A stretch of DNA of 63,648 nucleotides, counting the filler, from Choristocarpus tenellus KU-1152 (Eukaryota > Protista > Phaeophyceae): assembly GCA_964200185.2 (NCBI GenBank). It is 9 parts of 9 records of this genome, joined end to end, with 100 filler letters (N's around TTAATTAATTAA, not from the genome) between each part and the next. Parts side by side here need not be neighbours in the genome. Positions count along the whole stretch, not along the records: positions 50,290 to 53,080 come from CAXNAD020024720.1; positions 53,181 to 63,648 come from CAXNAD020002912.1; 7 more parts are not named here. One strand, 5' to 3'. Positions 50,603 to 63,115 of this stretch are shown piece after piece. Under the pieces are notes generated by a model, which saw nothing but the letters and a program-made list of their open reading frames with translations, ran no database searches and was not told the DNA's origin. Position 1 is the first letter of the stretch. Each line of letters begins with the position of its first letter. The translations under genes and the position numbers were made by a program.

Positions 50603-52432
50603 AGGTGTTTCATGAGTGGTGTAAGATCTAGTGATTATTGGGAAAGTGGTAGGTGTACTTCGCTCCTGCATATATCCCTGTTTATATGAGGGGTTATGGT
50701 ATTGTTGGGTCCAGTGAAACCTGTTAGGCCCAGTTGCAACATCGGCTCGCCCTAACCTTGGAGTCTTTATGGCATCTTAGTCTAATTAGCCCCAGCAAGA
50801 TGTCTCAGAAATAAGGATGCCCAGGTCGTGACAGACTCTTGACATAAGATACAAAGTCAATATCAACCGTCTTGTGTTAAAAAAAAAAACACATGCCAAC
50901 TTGAACATTTTTTTAGTTTTTTCTCTTTGCTGCCTCTTACCTGCTTCAAAGAATGATACGTGACACATGACAAGCGTGGCATGGAGGGAGTGTGAGTGCT
51001 GGTTTGAATTGGCATGTCTTGGGGATGGAGTTTGTCGGTGTCCACAAACTTTTAGTTATATATTGGTATGCTGTATTTGAGTTATGTGTGTCTTCTTGAT
51101 ACCTAGCTCTTTCATTCACCCTTTCCTGACATCAACAACCTCAACCACTTTCTTAGTCAATCCTTCAATTAACGTGGACACCCCCCCCTTTCTCCCTTCT
51201 CTCTCAATTGTCCACTACCCATTAAATTCTATGCACCTCCCTCCGCCCTTTGGTTGAGTTCACCTCAAGTTGATGACACCAGTCCACTAGACAATATCAT
51301 GGGCATGCTTAAAGGTGGAAGCAAGGTGTTCAAACCAGACAATTTGGCTCGCCTGGGGGAACACGCTCGGGAAGCTGGACCAGACGTTTATAGATCCCTA
51401 AGCCCGTTCCTGGGCCAGGCAAGCGTTGGGTAGAAGGGAAGGTTCTGTTACAAATTTAATGCTATGTAAGCCGTTGTGGTCATGGTTGTGATAGTGGTGA
51501 GGGGTAGGACAGCGTGGCGATGATGTGTGGTGGTGTTGGGCAAGATAGACTTTTTTTTCCACTACTGAGTGAAAGTATCTTAGAAGGTACGAGTTTCTCC
51601 CTGTTTGTCCATTTGGGGCTTGGCTTCCCAAGGGTGTTTAATGACATTTTACCTTCTCCAAAGTGTTTAGGGTTAGGGTAAAATGTACACGTTATGAAAA
51701 GGAGTGTTCGGAACAAAGACATTGACATCCCCTAACAAACATGATAGCCAATATTACATCAAAATTGAAACGTTGGATTTTGGCCCCCAAATGGACGCAG
51801 CTCTACCCTCTCAGATACTCTGAGTCTATTTTGTGGGCATAACCTTTTTCATTTTATGTGTATCAAAGTACTTGAAAGAAATGCATGAAGTATATATGTG
51901 TTGACGTTTATATCATAATGCGCTGTTGGTGCTGGGATTGGGACTTTGTTGCAAGAGGTATGAGATAGGACCTCTCAAGTTAGCATCCTATTCCTTCATT
52001 CGGTTGTAGTGTCCTCAAGCCTTGTTGATGGGAAGGGAGAGGGGAAGTGGATGAAAAGATTAACATACTTTTTGAACAATGAAGTTCAATTTTCGAAAGA
52101 TAGGTGCATCTGTTCGTGATTCCAGTGCATGAGCAAAGAGTGCAGAATTATATCACTCCTTTACTTCTTCACCCCCCTCCCAGGTATTGAAGCTTCAAAT
52201 ACATGTTCTTGCGATGTATTTAAACACATTACAATTTTTTTATCGCAACCAGCAAGCACTTCATTTTCTATTCCATGAAATACTGAATAGAAACGGCCCT
52301 ACTCCACTTACTCATTTTCTCCCTCGATTCCTATCTAATTCAACTACACCCTTGACTCACTATTCTCCTTCCAGGCCAGTAGCCTCACCACCACCATGAC
52401 TACCATGGCAGGAAGCTGGGGTTCAACTATAG
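50603..52432 (+). CDS. Candidate internal exons of an unidentified gene (50603-50620, 51291-51418, 52375-52432)
   Basis: Joined reading is VFHEWYNIMGMLKGGSKVFKPDNLARLGEHAREAGPDVYRSLSPFLGQ. It requires a GC donor at 51419. No family recognised. Confidence 0.35.
51567..51826 (+). mobile_element. MITE subfamily A copy
   Basis: GAGTGAAAGTATCTTAG...AGATACTCTGAGTC. Confidence 0.9.
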
Positions 52433-52816
52433 GTGAACAAAGTCAGCAACCCTTTACTACATCTGTCTGAACATTGGACCTTGGGAAGTGATAACTCCCC
52501 ATGAGCCTTGGAACTGGCAAAAAGATAGCAATGTGAAAAGGAGTAATAGGTGGTTGGAAATGATAGGTCATGGACGGAAGGGACATGAACCTAACCCCGA
52601 TATTTTGTCTGGCAGTAGTAGGAGTAGTATACCTTAGCATAGGTATTGGCCAAGGGCATGAAGAGGCGTGTTCTTAGCCAAGCAATTCAAGTTCCAATAA
52701 TTGCATTAGACATGAAGCAAGAAAAAACGAGTTTCCCCAGGGTATGAATGGATGCTTTTTGAAGTATGCACGTGCTCAGCATTTTAACCAACAAGGCTTG
52801 AAGTATAACATTTGAT

Positions 52817-53074
52817 GAGCCAAAGTATCTTAGAGGGTACAGCTGCGTCCATTTGGGGGTAAAAATCCAATGTTGCAATTTTGATGTAATTTTGACTGTC
52901 ATGTTTGTTAGAAGATGTCTATATCCTTGTCTGGACACTCCTTTTCATAACGTATACATTTTACCTACTCCGAAACATTTTGGAGTAGGTAAAATGTCAA
53001 TAAAAACCCGTGGGAAGCCAAGCCCCACATGGACAAACAGGGCAAAATTCGTACCCTCTAAGATACTTTCACTC
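52817..53074 (-). mobile_element. MITE subfamily A copy
   Basis: AAAGTATCTTAGAGGGTAC...GTACCCTCTAAGATACTTT, a perfect 19-bp inverted repeat. Confidence 0.92.
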
Positions 53075-54943
53075 AACTCCNNNNNNNNNNNNNNNNNNNN
53101 NNNNNNNNNNNNNNNNNNNNNNNNTTAATTAATTAANNNNNNNNNNNNNNNNNNNNNNNNNNNNNNNNNNNNNNNNNNNNTTTTCCCTCCTCCCCTCCCT
53201 CTGCAGTCCGATGTTTTTTTTGTGCTGTGGTGTCTCTGTCCCTTTCTTTTTTTTTTTCTCTCCCTTCCTCCCCTCCCCCCCCCCTTCCCCCTCCCTCCAC
53301 GATTTGTTCCGTGGTGAACAACACAGGTAGCGGTTGTGTTCTGTGCTTGCTCTCGGTGGGTGTCGTTGTTTTTTTTGGCCAGTTAACATGTCTCTTGTGT
53401 CGCACGTGCTTGTTTGTGAGAGAGTTCGTGTCAATGGAGATGCGATGGCTTCTTTTTTGCTCTGTAGAGAGTGTGTCGGAGCTTGCACCATTTTGGGGGA
53501 GTCGCTACGGCTGGTGTGAGGGGGGACAATGTTTGGGTGGTTTGGGCTCTTTTGTGTACAGGATGTCTGGGTGTTGTTCTATGTCAAGAGCTTACCCTCA
53601 ACTAGAGAAGAAGAACGACGAAACGCTGCTGGTACAGCTACAAAATGCTGGGGAGGTTTTGTAGTCTTGTTTGCTTGTGGTAAAGGGGCAGGAGCACACT
53701 CCAAGAAGTGCTCGTGGGTGATGAGTCTCTCTTCTTTGGCGTGTAGATGTCTTATTTTGATGTAGGGATTTTATTTTTTCTTAGTGACAGTAAGGAAGGG
53801 AGACTTGCTACACGTGGGTGTAAGGGTTGTGGATCACGAACCTCTCTCTATCTGCAAAATGTTGTGCTTCACCTAAGCGTTTGTACAGAAGTGCCAGGCG
53901 TGTGTCGCGTGTCGTTTGTTGCTCTTGTCGAGCGAGATCTAGATCATTGTTGCGATTTCACCTTGGCATGGCGTTGAGGAAAAGGGAGAGGAAGGTGAAA
54001 ATTACTTGACCTGTTACGGCTACCCCCCTCACGGTTTTGTGTTACGGTGGGGGAATGTGTTTTAGTGTTCCACGCTGGGCAATTTGCCACCGACGAGCCT
54101 GCTCCTAACCTCGAGGTTTTTTTTTCTGTTTTCGGGTTTGCTGTGGATCACAAAGTCACCCGGAGGATTGTTAAGAGCAAGGTGGATACTGCATGAGTCC
54201 GTCCGTGGTTCCCGTGGCTCCCGTGGCTTGATCAAAGACTAGATTAAAGAAAAAAAAGGTTGCTGCCATTTGTGGCACAAGTGCTCGACGACTGAGAGTC
54301 TCGTGGGGCGAGAAGAAGGGGCCGGGTTTGTAGGCTCGTGATCAGGCGGTAAGGGGGTGAAAGATAGCCGGCTGAAGCGTGTTTTATTGTTTTGATAGTA
54401 TGGTAGAGCCTGCACGAGATTGGTGGGGGAGGTCCTGCGTGATTCCCCGGGAAGGGCAGGTTTGTGAGAGATGCCCTCGTCGTCGCTGTTTTTGCTTTTC
54501 GTCGGAGGTTAGGGTTAGGGTTAGGGTTAGGGTTAGTGGTGATTGTTGTGTATGGTGTGGGTGTAATGGATGGTGGGAACTAGTGGGAGGATTATTTTTT
54601 TTCCCCCTTGTTGATCTTCATGTGTAGGTATGCATGGTGTACCTACCCCTGGGTGGGGTGAGTTAAGTATGTTTTTTTGGTGAGGGGATTGCCAGCCGTA
54701 CTATTTTGTATTGCGTCTTTTGATAGACTCTTGATCTGGCAGTGGCGTTGTTGCGGAGACGGGGGGTGAATCTCTTGGTCTTCAGGGTGTGTTTTGTTTT
54801 GTTCCTGATCGGTCAAGGACAGAAACAAGGGCCCGTTTTTTGCTCCTGAACTGATGGGGGTTAGACCTGGTGTCTCTCTGCCGGCAAGGAGAAGCAACAA
54901 ATAGCGATCGATGATCATTCGACGTTTGTTTCACCCTTGCCGT

Positions 54944-55202
54944 GACTGAAAGTATCTTAGAGGGTACGAGTTTTGCCCTGTTTGTCCATTTGGGCTTGAC
55001 TTCCCATGGCGTATTTTTATTACATTTTTCTACTCCGAAATGTTTCGGAGTATGTGAAATGTATACGTCATGAAAAGGTGTGTCCGAAATAAGGATATTG
55101 ACGCTTCCCAACAAACATGATTGCCAAAATTACATCAAAATCGCAACATTGGATTTTGACCCCCAAATGGACAAGGCCCTTCCCTCTAAGATACTTTGAC
55201 TC
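54944..55202 (+). mobile_element. MITE subfamily A copy
   Basis: GACTGAAAGTATCTTAGAGGG...CCCTCTAAGATACTTTGACTC. Confidence 0.9.
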
Positions 55203-55771
55203 CTGTTTCTTTTTTTTTGTTCATTGAGAGTGTGATTGGTCCAGACTTGTATTCTTTTTGTTCATTTCTGTGTTGGTCTCTGCCAGGAGGGAGATTTTTT
55301 TTTATTTATCTTTTGATGGGTTTTTTTTAGGCGACTTTTGCTGGGACTCCTTTCCAGAGGTTGTTGCTCACTTGGTGCTTCTTTGTGGTCTTTGAGGATA
55401 TTTACCATGTTGTTGTGATTTGTTTTTTGTGGTGCTGTTGTTGTTGTTTGAGGGGATTGATTGCCGAGGAGTTAGTAGTTTGTTTGAGGCGTTTGGGTGT
55501 GGCTATTGCTGCTTGGATTGAGTTATTTGGGAGCGGACAATGATCCTCCCTACCTTGCAATGTGTTTTGCCTTTTCAAGTTGGCATTATTACTAGTTATA
55601 CGTACTTTGATGTTTTTTTTGTGGAAACCAACATGTCAATTGCATGATTGCGACCACGGATCACCCCTAGTTATTCTGCTGGGAGTGTCTATCTTATGCT
55701 AGCTCATATCTTGGTATTGCTGATATCCATCCAGTCTTTCCAAAGGATGCTCCTACGTCTTCCAGGCCACA

Positions 55772-55843
55772 TTACTACTACTGTTACTACTACTACTACC
55801 ACTATTACTACTGCTACTACTACTACTACTAGTACAACTATTG

Positions 55844-55879
<36 letters not shown>

Positions 55880-55892
55880 TTACTACTACTAC
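55772..55892 (+). repeat. (ACT)n microsatellite; others are (GAG)n 49563-49620, (GATG)n 33866-33891 and (TA)n 14992-15022 and 20403-20436
   Basis: Direct inspection. Confidence 0.9.
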
Positions 55893-57651
55893 AAGAATTG
55901 TTCTTTGGGGAGATAGATTGGGGTCCAAGTCACATTTACTACTTGTATTTTTGAATCAATGAAACAAAGGGCATATTACACTCACCTATTTTCATCTATC
56001 TTGACACCTGTGGATGTCCCTCAAGCGATGTATGGTTATCAATATTGTTGTCCTACTTTGTGATTCAAAAGTAAGCGAGCGGTGCCTGGGTTTTGACCGT
56101 TTTCCATTGTAAGCGAGTTTTTCAATATTTTGCAATTCACCCATATTTCTATGGATGAAGTTGTAAGTTTCGCATGAGAGCGTTTATTTATCTACGATTT
56201 GAAACTTTTCCGACACAAAAACAAATAAATCCTATAGGGATTTTTTCTTTTTCAAAGCCGAATTTTGCACATATTTGTCAACATCCTTCAAATGCACCTC
56301 CGTCTGGGTACTTCTCTTTTCCTTTTGACTCCATATTGCTACTTCCTTGTTCCACTCGGTCTGACAACCGTCACATGTAGTTGATACTGGAACTCAATCT
56401 CTCGATAATGTGGAATGTGCAGGTATCTTGGTATGTTACATTACTGCTCCAGTTCAGAGTACTTCTTATGTCGCAATCCTAAACCACTACTGTATGCAGA
56501 AGGTAGAATAGTGATCGAAACAACTTTAGTACTAGCGAAGGGGGGTGGAAAAGAAGAGGAGAGGGACCAACACTAGTGAGGTGCTGGGAATACTATAATG
56601 GTGGCATGCATTGATGGGAGTGTTGTTTCGTCATCCCCAGGATGCTTTTAATGTGATAAAACAGTAGATATGATGGTGCACTAGTGATTGAAGTCTAAGC
56701 TACAATATTATGGCATTTGAAAATTGAACGGTGCTCTTTGTATATTGTAGAGTTGTATTTCCCTTGAGCTTTGACATACCTCAAGTATTGACCCTATATC
56801 ATCACCAAGGTCAACAGTGATGTATATATTTGGTTGAGGGTGACTACTGGCATACTGTGAAAGGGGGAGGTAGGTATTGATGAGAGCATATACATCCATC
56901 TGCATCCCCTCATCATTGCAGACTCCACAATCAATGCTGTTGATCACATTATACAAGTGTGGCATGGTTGTTACTCAAACATGAAATAATACCACTCATG
57001 GTCACCCCCCTTTCACTCCAGCTGATCCGCACAGCCAATAATATCATGCCACACTCTTAAAGACCTTTTTCTTTTTTGTTGTTGATGTTCATCCAGGTAG
57101 AGATGGGGAGCCTGGAAATTAGTTGGATGTACACTCCTACGTCAGTTACTTTGCTATTATCACCTTCCGCTCCATTAACTAGATTTGGTCAAATGAGAAC
57201 TTTCACTACTAAGTACCACATGTCGTTCATATTCAGCACATTATATTTGCTTGGCATCGCCCTCCTGTGTATAGTTCAAACTACTTGGTTATACAAAGTT
57301 CAAAACCGACTATGGGGAAGAGAGTATTATCAGTTGCGCTGAGCTATTCTATCTCGGTGGAAGGTGTCATGGAGTATTTTACCCCCTCTTGGCACATGCG
57401 TGTGATTGTACCACACTGAAGGGCGATTTCGCACTCATGTGACCAAATACTTATCTTCTCATCTACCATCACGACTACCTAAGGGGGCTTCAGTATATTC
57501 AAGATATGGGAACGGGTTGTCAGGCAGGAAGCCAAAAGTTGTTCAAAATAGTTGGACAGGCTTAAATAGCCCGCCCTCAAAGATAGGATGACTTGCTTAT
57601 TTGTGTTTTTCTCCTACCTGTCCCCACCGGGAAAGCAAGAGCAATTTTTGC

Positions 57652-57906
57652 GACGCAAAGCATTTAAAAGGGTAGGAGTTTCACCCTATTTGTCTTTTCG
57701 GGGCTTGGCTTCCCATAGGTTTTCTATGCCCTTTTTCGGTTTTCTGTGTGAACACAGTTGCCTAAAATACGTATACGACTATGAAAGGTGTGCCCGGGGC
57801 AAGGATTTTGACACTTGCTAACACGATAGCCAAAATCCATCAAAATCGCAATATTGGATTTGGACCCCAAACGGACGCGGCCCTACCCTCTTTAATGCTT
57901 GGACTC
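57652..57906 (+). mobile_element. MITE subfamily C copy (diverged relative of A)
   Basis: AAGCATTTAAAAGGGTAG...CTACCCTCTTTAATGCTT. The body is colinear with A but the centre differs. Confidence 0.8.
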
Positions 57907-59522
57907 TGCTGTATAAGTTGTATGTATTTTGAAATACTTCAAGCACTTCCGTAGCTAAATGCACAATTAGAGACAAGGGCAACATTGTAGCGGTGCACCG
58001 TCCTTCCCACCTCTCTGGTAGTAGCAACAGTTGCCCTTCAAATCTTCAAGGTCACCCTCTACTAGAGGAGATGACCTTTTGTGACCAGTTTCAAATTGTG
58101 GACATTAGCCCAGCCCCCACCTCTAGGTTGGTGATCAGTCCTTTGTATGTCTGAGAACTCATACCTCAAAATAAATAGTAGTCGAAGTCAGAGTTCCAGT
58201 GTGCATTCACCCATTATCTCGTTGGCAGGATCTGTCGGCTGACAGTTTTGAGAACTGAAGCTGCTATATCATCCCATCAAGGCGAGTTATCTCGGCCCTG
58301 CAACACATCTGAGCGGCTTAAGGCTCCCTCCATCCCTTTCTGGCATCATTCGTGCCCCAATCATCCCCCCCAGGACCCCATTATACCCGGAATATTAACA
58401 GAACAACAGTTTGTCCTCCTCCACAAGTACTCTCCTTAAATGGCCCAATGGTGATACTTGAGATTCGTTCAATGCTACCAGCCTCTTGTTTTTCCGCTCC
58501 AAATGTCAGACACGGCGACATTGTGCCTTTGTTGTATCCCTCACTTCTCCAAAGAATTTGGACAAATGAGCGTTGCCCATGGCTCCGTTGCTCTCTAAAA
58601 GATTATATGCTCTGTTCACCCACATCGTAAGGCACTGATTGTCATAACATTTGTTGGTGTTGTAAACGCAAGAATAACTAGGCTTCTCCTGTTCTCATGT
58701 GGCACCTGGTTTCTGCTGTTGTGTATTGAGCATAATTTTTTATCCCCTGACTTCTGTTTGTGGGCAGAAGATTGGTGAGAACCAGGCAAGTAGATGGCGT
58801 ACGCGGAAGAAAGGCGACAAAAGGGTTGGTTGGGTTAAAAAACAACACCAGAGTGTAACTTGAAGTACATCACGCTCTGATCTGCCTGGTTGACCTTTTC
58901 GCAACCCACAATGATATTCTCTCCACGGCCAACTTGAGGAACTATTCCTAGGCCCTCAGAAGGACAAGGTTGGCTGTATATCTCGTTTGTGTACGGCGCG
59001 CAAAACAGGACATCCATGGAACTTGCGAGTCCTCTCATAAAGTAGATGTAACTTAAACAACTTTGAGTCGACAGCGTTCGTTCAATAACAGCACCAAGTT
59101 CGCACCCACTCGAATATTTACTCAATCAATATTGAGCGAGAGCTCTATAGGTGGAATATTGTGGATATGAGAGGCAAGAACGAGCGAGTATTATGTCTTG
59201 TGATGATTAAGACGAGCTGCCGACCGTCCGACCGACCGTGGCAACTTTCTTTCGTAGAACGAAAGACCAACCTCAGTACAACCTAATCGAAAATATCCTA
59301 GAGAAAGACTCCACTCCCCACATCACAACCCTTATAAAGTATCTGAAAGACTTCGGAGCAGAGGTAAGGGTACGACAGTGGGATACCCGTACCGTGGCCT
59401 TCTTTCAAGTCTCTGTTTACCCACTTGTTTTTCAACTCGAAAGACAATTTTGGGACCATAAAATCACGACGGTTTTTTCTACACCTTTCTTCCCTATGTG
59501 ACTCAACTCTTGTGCTCACAAG

Positions 59523-62500
59523 ATGGAATTTCTATGGATTGGTGAGCCGGTGGCCAACCATTCTCAAACCAAGCGGATTCAGTCCAAGAGGGATGATGGC
59601 AGGATATTTTTTGGTAGTGTGGAGATTGTCAAGACTGGCGAGGTCAGTGCGAGAAGAGTGTGTCGTTCAGTGATCGTGGAAAGATGCTCAAAGCACGAGG
59701 TGTAAAGTAGAAAGTAGAGATTGCCGAACCAGAAAAATGTGAACGCTGCAAAGTATTTGGCATATTAAAGTTGCCTAGAGCTAGGCCGGGCACGCGCACC
59801 TGTCAATCCATGCCCGCAGCAAAAGAGCAAACCGTTTTTTGTTTCATCTTCTTCGTTTTGGGCCCTCTCTTCAGTCCAGTCTCAATCTCGACAATCCCCT
59901 ACTTCGACTAGGTGGTGTCTGTTGGTGACACAGTGATATTAATCTCTCCTGACCATGTCCCACATCCTTTTGTTGGGCTGGTCGAGCTACTCTGGGAAGA
60001 CAATCAACCAAAAAAGAGGAAGTCGATACAGGTGGGCAAAATACGTCCATACGGCGAATGAGCTAATCTGCGAAACGTAGTCTGTGCGAAATGTATGCGA
60101 AATCATTATGCGAGAGCTTGAAGATGCCCGAGATGAGCTTATCTCGATGTTCCAACTGCACGACTTCGAAACGTAACTCTGAAGGTGAGGTTCCTGTTCC
60201 AACGCGACGACATCTTCAAGCAAAGAACGAAAGAGAAGCTCGCGCAGTGTCCACAAGAAGTGTTCTACTCCGACATTATGGATTCTATGCCCCTCGAAAG
60301 CATCATTCAGAAGGTGAACCATATTTTGGGGAGAATATTTTTGGACGTTCCCTTGTTGTATGTGCAGTAGAGGGGCTTCTCTCCGTGTGGAGGGTAATGC
60401 CATCACTCTACTTTCCTGGAAGGAAGTCCCTCGACATAGCACTTCGACATGAACGAGTGCACGCCAACAGTCTATTCCATCTACTGAAGAGGGACACAGG
60501 ATAAGTGGGTTGAGTGGGCCTCACTACTCTACTAAAAACGTCTGGGTCCATGCAGAATATCAGACTGAAGCGTTCTTTTTAAATATGTAGAACGTAGTGC
60601 TAACCAGCATCGTCTTCATTCTACCCTGTACAGCGGTAATTGTTGATGGAATACCTCCACATGCATTACACCTTTCACGAATGCTGCAAGAAATACATAA
60701 TTATCCCACAGAAGCAACTATGTAGCGGGTGGTGACCGTCCTGAGCCGATAGGATATATACATCTACTTCACAATACGTAATTCCACGTCAACTCTCCTT
60801 CACATTGCAGTGCCCTGTGTTGTTCGAACATTTGAACTGATGACCACCATTAGCTTATCATCACAACACGTAATGACGCTTTATGCATCTAGATGTACTC
60901 TCTACATGTATTATCTATATGTAAGGGTGGGTTTGTATTGAGAACTTTGATGCATCTGTAACGAAAGTATCAACGGTCAGTACTTGGTTGTGCCTTTCTG
61001 GATGTTCGCACCATTACAGTAGTAATGTGAAGGTTGTGACACACTTAGGAATTTCTTCTTGATCATTTGTATTAGCATCATGACTGAGCTGGGAAAGGGT
61101 GAATGATTCTCATGCTGGTGACTCCCACAAACTCTTTGTGTAATGGTGGATTTCACCATTCTAATTGGTTTGTATCCTTGATACTTGATGCAGTACTAGG
61201 AATATTGTGTTTGATACGTCAATGTACAGTACTCTTTTCTTCAGTTACGATCAGACACCTTCACCCAAAATGTTCCAGTTGGTCAATTCATAGACTCTTC
61301 TGTTTATGTTTAAGCTTTTTGTCATCTCCTATCAGCCACTCCTCCTCTAGCGCATCCCATCCCTGTATACCCTCATGCATCAATCTTTCTATGCTCCTAC
61401 TTCTGGTCTTGGTCTACTCCCTCATGCAGCAGACAAAAGCCACTTCTCACTCAGCTGTGAAACTAATAAAACTACCACAGAGAGAGAAGGTGGGGGGGAG
61501 AAAGAGAACGTTTGTGGGGCTTTTAAATCTAATTAGAATAATTTCAATTTTCTCCACCTTGTACACAAATTACCTCTATGCAGACTTTCATTTCTCGTTT
61601 GTACACTCAAAGAACCTTTACAGCAAAGGACAAACAATACTCTGAAGAAATAGATAAACGCTCTAATGCAGCATATGAGGAATAGGTCATGAAATGACTG
61701 CATGCACATGACAAGAATAGGGCGCTATTGGGGGTTAAATCCTTTGGTTTTATACATGAAGAGTTGTCTTAGACCATGGCATCTGCCATGCAAGCTCTGT
61801 GAGACCCTGCTGTTATTCCACGGTGTTTGATCTGTTCAACTGTCCTTCCTGCCTCGATCTACCTCCCTTCTCACACATTGGACGGTGCTGCTCGCAGGCA
61901 ACTCTCTTGCGAAGTCCTCCCACTGATGGGAGGGTAATAACAAAAACCACTTACATTGTTCGACAAGCCTACTGCTCAGAGAATGATCTGCATTCTCGAG
62001 GGAAGCGGAAAGCTATTGCTTCACTTCCTAGGCGGTTCCTCAATTTTGCCAAAGTAGAACTTGATGAAGGCATGTCATCAAAGGCTGGGGGAATCTCCTT
62101 GGGGTGTAAGAAGGTTCCTACACGAAAAAAGAAAAAAGGTGACTTCTTGAGGTTGTGATGTAGGGAGAGGTACCAGTGAAACCTCACAGTGTCCGTTTGT
62201 TCCTCGATTAGTATTGTGTCCTTCATCTACCTCCACACACAATAAATACTCACTAGCAGTATGTTGTTCGGGGTATCCAATAAAACCCATGTTCTTTCAC
62301 TTCCTGACACGACAAAAATACTTTAAACTCGGACTTGTCAGTAGCATATTTGTACTCAAGAAGGTGTCAATAGTTCTCAGGTGCAAGGAGAAGAGGGCGG
62401 GGGGTAGTTGTTCTTGTGTTCCGGCAAAGGACCATGGAAACTCGCAATAGAGAAATTCTAGGTCTTAACAACATCGATGCGGCTTGGTGGAAGGCCAAGA

Positions 62501-62680
62501 TCTGGCACATGGTTGATGATGTTTGCCAATATTTTGCTTCAATCCTAAAGATGTATGAAGCCAAGAAACAGGTGTTGATTTGTGGTCAACCTCTACTCGA
62601 TTGTAAACTATCCTCCCCCTGGATTCCTCCCACATCGCCCCTGGCAGGCAATGCTTGCCAACAACGACTGCGTACCATAA
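59523..62680 (+). CDS. BAH-domain chromatin protein; exons 59523-59642, 59912-60031, 60185-60313, 61898-62138, 62381-62571, 62648-62680 (last tentative); possible upstream exon 59258-59363
   Basis: WIGEP...GRIFFGSV....GE|VVSVGDTVILISPD..PFVGLVELLWED...|VRFLFQ..D....QEVFYSDIMDSMPLESIIQK|A......YIVRQAY follows the BAH consensus. Phases are consistent. Confidence 0.85.
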
Positions 62681-62854
62681 CTAATATGCGAAAGACAAGA
62701 TCTTCTCCACGGGAAGAAGGTCATCCCCCTATGGTGAGGGAGGTCCTTGGTTTATTGAAGCTCTGCACAGGGAGCGTTGCAGCTGTGGTCGACATGATTG
62801 TTGTGTTGCCTTGGATGAATTAGTTTCTTTGTTTCGTTGTTGAGCTATCACTTT

Positions 62855-63115
62855 GATCAAAAAATCATTTAAGGGGGTTGGAGTTTTCTCCTGTTTGTCC
62901 GTTCGGGGCTTGGCCGCCCAAGGGTGTTTTATGCCCTTTTTCGGTTTTCTGTGTGGACACAGTTACCTAAAATGTATTGGACTATGAAAAGATGTGTCCA
63001 GCACAAGGATATTGACACTTGCTAACAAACATGATAGCCAAAAATAAACAAAATTGCAGCATTAGATTTGTGATCCCGAACAGATGCGGGCCTACCCTCT
63101 TAAATGCTTTTACTC
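62855..63115 (+). mobile_element. MITE subfamily C copy
   Basis: Colinear with 57652-57906, ending CTACCCTCTTAAATGCTTTTACTC. Confidence 0.8.

Noticed and set aside
6761-53180. Recurring TTAATTAATTAA palindrome as a biological motif
   Set aside because: It is always centred in a 100-nt N spacer, so it is an assembly concatenation linker.
55648-55962. Thr-rich/Val-rich ORFs, and likewise the poly-Glu ORF at 49549
   Set aside because: These are translations of trinucleotide microsatellites with no exon support.
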